DNA from: a virus | Lineage: Duplodnaviria; Caudoviricetes | Strand: one strand, 5' to 3' | Length of the DNA: 64,000 nt | Virus record (IMG/VR): IMGVR_UViG_3300047545_000339 | Span: 1 to 64,000 of that record | Shown here: positions 58,025 to 64,000 of the stretch, one piece after another | Numbering within the stretch: the first letter of the stretch is position 1 | Layout of the letters: the number at the start of each line of letters is the position of its first letter | Program-made: the position numbers and the translations under genes | The notes under the pieces: model-generated | Told to the model about the DNA's origin: nothing | Databases searched by the model: none | The model's input: the letters and a program-made list of their open reading frames with translations, nothing else

Positions 58025-61000
58025 TTGTACGTTCCACTTCACGTTCATACACACTATAGCCAGATGGATGGTGTAGCAACACCAGAAGAATACGTTCGTC
58101 GTGCTGTAGAAGTTGGTATGCCAGGAATTGCCATCACAGACCATGGAACACTGTCTGGACACAGACCAATGTACCGTGCTGCAAAGTCTGCTGGAATCAA
58201 GCCAATCCTTGGTATTGAGGGGTATATTACGGGTGATAGATTTGACAGAAGAGACAAGTCTGAAAGAACAACTCCATTAGACTTAGTTTATAATCACATT
58301 GTTATTCTTGCTAAGAACAACGAGGGTCTTGAAAATCTTGGCAAACTTAATGAGATAGCATGGAATGAAGGCTTTTATAGGAAGCCAAGAATAGACTTTG
58401 AAATCCTTGATAAGTATGGCGATGGACTTATTGTTTCTTCAGCCTGCATGTCTGGTCTTATTAATAAGGCAATTGAAGCAGATGATTATGCTGTGGCAAA
58501 GCAACATCTTCAGTGGTTTGGAGACAGGTTTGGGGAAGACTTTTATGTTGAGGTTATGCCACATAATCCTCCAGAGATGAACAAGGCTTTAGTAGAATTA
58601 GCAGATGCTGGCGGGTATAAGATTGTTGTAACCCCAGATTGTCATCATGCAACAGTAGACCAAAAGGTCATTCAAGAAATGATGCTCATCCTTAATACTC
58701 ATGCTAAGTTAGAAAAAGATATTTCATATGAAAAGTCAAAGAAGTTTGACAATATGATGGATCGTCTTGACTACCTTTATGGCAAGGATCGTATGATGAG
58801 TTTCAACAAGTTTGACATTCATCTTCTTTCTTCAGAAGAGATGGAAGAATCCATGAACAATAATGGTGGATTCCGTCAGGATATGTTTGATAACACTATG
58901 GAAATTTTCAACAAGGTTGAGGATTATGATATTAAGCGTAACCTAAATCTACTTCCTGTAGAGCACCGTGATCCCGATGCTCAGATTAGAAAGTATGCAG
59001 AAACTAGTCTTATAGCCAAGAATCTGCATACTAATCAGGAGTATGTAGATCGCCTAGAAGAAGAACTAAACATTATTGCTCAAAAGAAGTTTGCCTCATA
59101 CTTTATTGTTGTTCAGAACATGCTTAATTGGGCAAAGAAGAATGACATCATGGTTGGCCCAGGTCGTGGTTCATCTGCTGGCTCCCTTGTTTGTTATTTA
59201 CTAGGTATTACAGACATTGATCCACTAAAGCATGGACTACTATTCTTCCGATTTATTGACATTGACCGCGATGACTGGCCCGATATTGATTCAGATATTC
59301 AGGATAGTCGCCGTGAAGAGGTAAAAGATTATCTAGAAAGGCAGTATCGACATGTCGCAAGTATTGCAACATTCCTACAGTTCAAAGATAAGGGAGTCAT
59401 CAGAGACATTAGTCGTGCTCTCAACATTCCATTGTCTGATGTTAACCGTGCGCTTAAGGCAGTGGATACTTGGGAGGAATATCTAACCTCTAGAAATACA
59501 GCATGGTTCCGTGAAAAGTATCCAGAGGTTGAGCAGTATGGAGATCAGTTGCGTGGACGTATTCGTGGGACAGGAATTCACGCTGCTGGAGTCGTAACAT
59601 CTAAGATGCCCATATCCAAGATAGCACCTATGGAAACACGCTCTGTAACAGGTTCAGAGGGTAGAATCCCTGTAGTTGCGGTAGACATGGAGGAGGCAGC
59701 AGACATTGGTCTAATTAAGATTGATGCCTTGGGTCTCAAAACTCTTACTGTAATTAATGACACTCTTAATATTATTGAAGAAAGAAAAGGAAAGAAGCCA
59801 GATCTTCATGAAATTAATATGGAGGATAAAAACATTTACGCTATGCTTTCTGACGGATACACAAAGGGAGTTTTTCAGTGTGAGGCTACCCCATATACAA
59901 ATCTTCTTGTAAAAATGGGAGTTAATAAATTTGATGAGCTTGTTGCTTCTAATGCGTTAGTTCGTCCAGGAGCTATGAATACTATTGGTAAAGATTACAT
60001 TGAAAGAAAAAGGGGTAAGCAAAGTATTGCTTATTCAAGCCCAATTCTTAAAGAATTTACCGAAGATACATACGGTACAATTTTGTATCAAGAGCAAGTC
60101 ATGCTTGCTTGCGTTAAACTTGGTGGCATGACCATGGGTGAGGCCAACAAGGTTCGAAAGATTATTGGTAAAAAGAAGGATGCGAAGGAGTTTGACGAAT
60201 TCAAAGACCTATTCATTAGGAATGCTACTGGGCCGCTTGGTGGGGCTGCTGCTGAAAAAATGTGGCATGACTTTGAGGCACACGCAGGATACTCGTTTAA
60301 TAAGTCTCATGCTGTGGCTTACTCAACACTCTCGTACTGGACGGCATGGTTAAAGTATTATTATCCACTAGAGTTCATGTTTGCCCTTCTTAAGAACGAG
60401 AAGGATAAGGATGCTCGTACAGAATATTTGATTGAGGCAAAGCGCATGGGCATTCCATTGAGACTACCACATATCAATGATTCTGATACTGACTTTAAAA
60501 TTGAAGGGAAAGGAATTCGTTTTGGGTTGGCGGCAATTAAGTTTATTTCTGATAAGATCGCTGGAAGATATATTGAAGGAAGGCCATTCCACTCTTATAA
60601 AGAAGTTGAAGAATTTACCTTTACTAAAGGAAACGGAGTAAATAGTAGGGCGCTATCATCCTTGAATGCAGTTGGCGCACTAACATTTCCAGACAATCCT
60701 AGGGATGATGAAAAGGTTCGTGAGAATCTTTATGAATACCTAAATCTACCAGAATTTACCAATGATATTCCACAGCATTATCATGCCTATATAAACAGTG
60801 TTGATGAGTTTGATGAGAAGGGTGTATTTATTCTCATGGGAGTAGTTAGAGGTATAAAGCGTGGAAAGGGCTGGAGCAGAGTAGAAGTACTAGATAGTAC
60901 AGGATCGATTGGAATATTTGATGATGAAGAAACTAAGATTGAAGCAGGTAGAACTTATATTATTCTTGTTGGATCTAACAGAATTATGGAGGCAATTCCT

Positions 61001-61300
61001 GTGGAAGAGATACAGAGCAGCAAGTCAGCGCTCGTAAAGTTTCTTAACTATAAACAGTTGCCATATGGCCCAGATGAGCATTATGTGCTATCCTTTAGGC
61101 CAAGAGTAACAAAGGCTGGAAAAAGAATGGCATCGTTAGTTGTTGCAAATCATGAAAGAGAACTGTCGTCTGTGATAGTATTCCCGACAGCATTTGCCAT
61201 GGCATATACAAGAATAGAAGAAGGAAAAGCCTTTAGTATGGAATTTAGCAAAACAAAAGAAGGAGATATTACATTGAAAGAGGTAACCAGTGCAGTTTGA
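58025..61300 (+). CDS. dnaE: DNA polymerase III alpha subunit (family C)
   Basis: LHVHTHYS..DG, ITDHG, GRGSSAGS, PDIDSD, KIDALGL and YSFNKSHA. TTG start with AGAAAGGA RBS. Confidence 0.96.
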   Translation: MYVPLHVHTHYSQMDGVATPEEYVRRAVEVGMPGIAITDHGTLSGHRPMYRAAKSAGIKPILGIEGYITGDRFDRRDKSERTTPLDLVYNHIVILAKNNEGLENLGKLNEIAWNEGFYRKPRIDFEILDKYGDGLIVSSACMSGLINKAIEADDYAVAKQHLQWFGDRFGEDFYVEVMPHNPPEMNKALVELADAGGYKIVVTPDCHHATVDQKVIQEMMLILNTHAKLEKDISYEKSKKFDNMMDRLDYLYGKDRMMSFNKFDIHLLSSEEMEESMNNNGGFRQDMFDNTMEIFNKVEDYDIKRNLNLLPVEHRDPDAQIRKYAETSLIAKNLHTNQEYVDRLEEELNIIAQKKFASYFIVVQNMLNWAKKNDIMVGPGRGSSAGSLVCYLLGITDIDPLKHGLLFFRFIDIDRDDWPDIDSDIQDSRREEVKDYLERQYRHVASIATFLQFKDKGVIRDISRALNIPLSDVNRALKAVDTWEEYLTSRNTAWFREKYPEVEQYGDQLRGRIRGTGIHAAGVVTSKMPISKIAPMETRSVTGSEGRIPVVAVDMEEAADIGLIKIDALGLKTLTVINDTLNIIEERKGKKPDLHEINMEDKNIYAMLSDGYTKGVFQCEATPYTNLLVKMGVNKFDELVASNALVRPGAMNTIGKDYIERKRGKQSIAYSSPILKEFTEDTYGTILYQEQVMLACVKLGGMTMGEANKVRKIIGKKKDAKEFDEFKDLFIRNATGPLGGAAAEKMWHDFEAHAGYSFNKSHAVAYSTLSYWTAWLKYYYPLEFMFALLKNEKDKDARTEYLIEAKRMGIPLRLPHINDSDTDFKIEGKGIRFGLAAIKFISDKIAGRYIEGRPFHSYKEVEEFTFTKGNGVNSRALSSLNAVGALTFPDNPRDDEKVRENLYEYLNLPEFTNDIPQHYHAYINSVDEFDEKGVFILMGVVRGIKRGKGWSRVEVLDSTGSIGIFDDEETKIEAGRTYIILVGSNRIMEAIPVEEIQSSKSALVKFLNYKQLPYGPDEHYVLSFRPRVTKAGKRMASLVVANHERELSSVIVFPTAFAMAYTRIEEGKAFSMEFSKTKEGDITLKEVTSAV

Positions 61301-61625
61301 TCTAGATGATATAGCACATACAATTCACTCAAATGCAGTAGAAAAAGGCTTTTGGGAAGCAAATACAGAGGAGAACAGAACTATCTTCTATCTAAAGCAA
61401 TTGGCAATGATCCACTCTGAGGTATCAGAGACCTTAGAGGCAATTCGTAAAGAAAAGGGCCATGAGGTTGTAGTAGAAGAATTGGCAGATATTATTATTC
61501 GCGTTCTGGATCTTTGGGCAGGAATGTCGTGGGATCAATATACAAATAAATCCCTTAAAAACTCAATTGCAGAAAAGGTAGAGAAGAATCGTTCTCGTCC
61601 AAAGATGCACGGGGTGTTGGCATAG
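61290..61625 (+). CDS. MazG-like NTP pyrophosphohydrolase
   Basis: IHSEVSETLEA...EELADIIIR...KN..RP. Confidence 0.85.
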   Translation: MQFDLDDIAHTIHSNAVEKGFWEANTEENRTIFYLKQLAMIHSEVSETLEAIRKEKGHEVVVEELADIIIRVLDLWAGMSWDQYTNKSLKNSIAEKVEKNRSRPKMHGVLA

Positions 61626-62644
61626 TGTCAGAATTAATGACAACAGAGGAAGTATTGTCCCAACTTAATCCTAAGTTGAGGAAGAAGATTTCTCTTGGAT
61701 CTGAAATTGAAAAGACTACCTATGCACAAACCCCAAGTTTTGGCCTTAACAGGGCTTTAAACGGTGGTCTGCCATATGGAAGACAAGTCCTGGTATGGGG
61801 CAATAAGTCTGCTGGAAAGTCCTCATTTTGCCTACAAACGATTGCTAAGGCACAACAAGAAGGAAAGGTGTGTGCATGGATAGATGCAGAAATGTCGTAT
61901 TCTCCAGAATGGGCATCCACGCTAGGAGTGGACAGTTCTCTTCTTATTCACTCTACAGCAAGAACAATAAACGATATGGTAGATGTTGGTACAGATCTAA
62001 TGGCAGCAGGAGCAGATATAATTGTCGTGGATAGTATCTCAGCACTTCTTCCAGCAATTTATTTTGAAAAGGACTCAACTGATTTAAAGCAGTTAGAGAA
62101 CACAAAGCAAATTGGCGCGGAAGCAAGAGATATGACTAATGCTGTCAAGATGCTTAACTATGCAAACAATCAAGTAAAGCCAACACTTCTTATCCTAATT
62201 TCTCAGGCTAGGAATAATATTGGGGCAATGTATGTCTCTCAGCAACCAACTGGCGGAATGGCAACTAAGTTTTATTCGTCTACCATCGTTAAATTATTTT
62301 CCTCTGAATCTGATAATCAGGCTATTAAGGGAAAAATATATGTTGGAGATAAAATAATTGAAGAAAAGATTGGTAGAAAGGTAAGATGGGACGTTCAGTT
62401 TTCAAAGACGAGTCCAGCATTCCAGTCAGGGGAGTATGACTTTTATTTCAGGGGAAATGATATAGGGATTGACTCAATAGCAGATCTTGTTGATACCGCA
62501 GAAATGCTTGGGCTTATTGAGAGGGCTGGAGCATGGTATACAGTTGAGGGAGAAAGATACCAAGGAAGAGAAAAGCTAGTGCTTGGCGTTAAAGAAAACT
62601 TAGATCTACAAGATCTTCTCATAGAAAAAATAAAGAATGCCTAG
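61625..62644 (+). CDS. recA: RecA/UvsX-like recombinase
   Basis: GGLPYGR, GNKSAGKS, WIDAE, VVDSISAL, GG...KFYSS and AGAWY. Confidence 0.92.
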   Translation: MSELMTTEEVLSQLNPKLRKKISLGSEIEKTTYAQTPSFGLNRALNGGLPYGRQVLVWGNKSAGKSSFCLQTIAKAQQEGKVCAWIDAEMSYSPEWASTLGVDSSLLIHSTARTINDMVDVGTDLMAAGADIIVVDSISALLPAIYFEKDSTDLKQLENTKQIGAEARDMTNAVKMLNYANNQVKPTLLILISQARNNIGAMYVSQQPTGGMATKFYSSTIVKLFSSESDNQAIKGKIYVGDKIIEEKIGRKVRWDVQFSKTSPAFQSGEYDFYFRGNDIGIDSIADLVDTAEMLGLIERAGAWYTVEGERYQGREKLVLGVKENLDLQDLLIEKIKNA

Positions 62645-62792
62645 ATACTCTGTATATAAAGGAATATTCTTGTGTCAAAAATGTAAAGAAGAAGTTGCAG
62701 AGTCTAGATTCTATGGCCACTCTTACGATCTAACTTGGATGTGTAGTAATAAACATCTATCAAAAGTAAGCCTATATCAAAAGGGATACTAG
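62637..62792 (+). CDS. 51-aa zinc-binding protein (absent from the ORF track)
   Basis: MPRYSVYKGIFLCQKCKEEV...WMCSNKHLSKV gives CxxC...CxxxH; overlaps the recA stop. Confidence 0.75.
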   Translation: MPRYSVYKGIFLCQKCKEEVAESRFYGHSYDLTWMCSNKHLSKVSLYQKGY

Positions 62793-62793
62793 G

Positions 62794-62901
62794 TTGACTG
62801 AAACTGGATTATATATAGTATGCCCAATATGTGGGTTTATTAGATCTAATGTGAGCCCAGAAAAACATATTGAGGAGGTGCATAAAAATGAGCGAGCGTA
62901 G
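62794..62901 (+). CDS. 35-aa C2H2-type zinc-finger microprotein (absent from the ORF track)
   Basis: TTG start; MTETGLYIVCPICGFIRSNVSPEKHIEEVHKNERA. Fills the intergenic gap. Confidence 0.55.
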   Translation: MTETGLYIVCPICGFIRSNVSPEKHIEEVHKNERA

Positions 62902-63187
62902 TGAATCAAAAAGAATAGGTGCCCAACAACATAAGAACAGCGGTCGTGGGAATAAAAAAGGAGATGCAACATGGAAAAATTATGTTGTAGATTTTAAAGA
63001 ATATGGCAAGAGTTTTAGTTTAAGTCAAGATGTTTGGGCTAAGGCTGTAACAGATTGTATGAAGGTAGATAGAACAAAGTCTCCAGCAATTATCGTAGTT
63101 CTTGGCGAGGGAAGTCGCAAAATTAGGCTAGCCGTGATAGAATTAGACGAATTAGAAAGGCTAACAGAAAATGATAACAACGATTGA
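62888..63187 (+). CDS. Holliday junction resolvase-like PD-(D/E)xK nuclease
   Basis: E...NSGRG..KGD...VDFKE; GAGGAGG RBS precedes the ATG at 62888. Confidence 0.75.
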   Translation: MSERSESKRIGAQQHKNSGRGNKKGDATWKNYVVDFKEYGKSFSLSQDVWAKAVTDCMKVDRTKSPAIIVVLGEGSRKIRLAVIELDELERLTENDNND

Positions 63188-63494
63188 GTTAGTAAACGAA
63201 GTTGCTGAGTTCTCTGATATATCGGAGATTATGAATGATGAACAACTTACAGATGCACTTGGAATTATTGTTAAGCTAATGATGACTCCAGATGTACCAC
63301 CACAGAAAGCGGTAGGTCTTATAGTTCAATTAGAAGCATATGCGGCAAAGTTTAAGATGCTTGCTTCGTACTATACAAATGTAAAGAAAGATGATCGTGC
63401 AAAGAAAAATCTATACTATTCCGCTAACGAGGCGGTACAAAGACTGGTAGATAGTCTAAAGTATAGTGCTAAACTAGGGAGTTATTATGGCTAA
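63171..63494 (+). CDS. Conserved helical hypothetical protein
   Basis: Overlaps both neighbours; KKNLYY...LVDSLKY. Confidence 0.7.
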   Translation: MITTIELVNEVAEFSDISEIMNDEQLTDALGIIVKLMMTPDVPPQKAVGLIVQLEAYAAKFKMLASYYTNVKKDDRAKKNLYYSANEAVQRLVDSLKYSAKLGSYYG

Positions 63495-64000
63495 AAATTT
63501 TTTAAAGCAAGTAATGGATAAACAACCAGAAGGTCCAATTGATACTAAAGAACTTATTGCAAAAATTGAGTCTGGGTATTTAGTTGGAAGAGATCCAAAG
63601 TTCGTACAGAAGAAAACCTTTAGTCCATCGACTCTAGTTTATGGCAACGGAGCATGTCCAAGATACTGGTACATGGCTTGGACTGGTGCTGAATTTGAGG
63701 ATGATGCTGATGCATATGCTGTAGCAAATATGGGCAGCGGAACAGATGCTCATGAAAGAATCCAGACAGCAATTGAAAATGCTGGAATTATGGTAGAGAA
63801 AGAAAAAAGAATTATTGCATCAGATCCACCAATCTTCGGCTTTGCTGATGCCATTATTCAGTGGAAAGAAGAACAGCCCGTAGTTGAAATTAAGACCATG
63901 AGGGAGGAGTCTTTTGCGTATCGAAAGCACGCAAAGCCACCAAACTATCACTTAATGCAACTTATTATTTATATGAAGGTTCTGGGTAAAAAACTTGGAG
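63487..64000 (+). CDS. Cas4-like PD-(D/E)xK exonuclease, 3'-truncated by the window
   Basis: My translation: FSPS...CPRYW, GTDAHERIQ, GFADAI, EIKT and QLIIY. Confidence 0.85.
   Translation, partial: MAKNFLKQVMDKQPEGPIDTKELIAKIESGYLVGRDPKFVQKKTFSPSTLVYGNGACPRYWYMAWTGAEFEDDADAYAVANMGSGTDAHERIQTAIENAGIMVEKEKRIIASDPPIFGFADAIIQWKEEQPVVEIKTMREESFAYRKHAKPPNYHLMQLIIYMKVLGKKLG

Noticed and set aside
52759-62644. Inteins or introns in DnaB, DnaE, RecA (and NrdJ)
   Set aside because: Protein lengths are normal, motifs are contiguous, and no intein splice-junction or LAGLIDADG blocks were seen.
2054-62972. All minus-strand ORFs in the track
   Set aside because: They are short, overlap strong + strand genes and show no recognisable motifs.
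1-64000. Stop-codon reassignment; tRNA/rRNA genes; integrase; terminase; lysin
   Set aside because: Genes are full-length in the standard code and use all three stops. Intergenic gaps are small with no cloverleaf seen. No such proteins were recognised, so they may lie outside the window.

Overview
A 64-kb, AT-rich, densely coding segment of a large tailed dsDNA phage with a siphovirus-type tail. Every convincing gene is on the + strand. The gene set and order resemble large lytic actinophages of the Streptomyces BE/BK type and related uncultured freshwater phages, so an actinobacterial host is inferred. Order: (1) 1-15.3 kb, a fibre/adhesin region containing a beta-propeller gene with 120-bp repeats, a block of modifying enzymes (a RaxST-like sulfotransferase, six glycosyltransferases, one unknown), a 10-Cys fibre tip with a Cys-rich partner, a beta-helix protein and a Gly-Pro-Thr collagen. 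(2) A class II ribonucleotide reductase. (3) A 1450-aa virion protein, portal, protease with nested scaffold, capsid, neck, tail tube, frameshifted tail chaperones, a 3701-aa tape measure and tail-tip proteins. (4) A replication module (DnaB, primase, gp32-like SSB, DnaE, MazG-like, RecA, resolvase, Cas4-like nuclease) interrupted by an EndoVII/fibre island. The leading candidate for an undescribed system is a phage-encoded virion post-translational modification pathway (tyrosine sulfation plus collagen O-glycosylation). Plausible substrates lie in the same window: an acidic loop with 12 Tyr in 27 aa, and a GPT collagen. A 9-bp extended -10 motif (TGnTATAAT) recurs at gene junctions and often predicts leaderless mRNAs. 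All functional calls come from motif recognition by eye; no searches were run.
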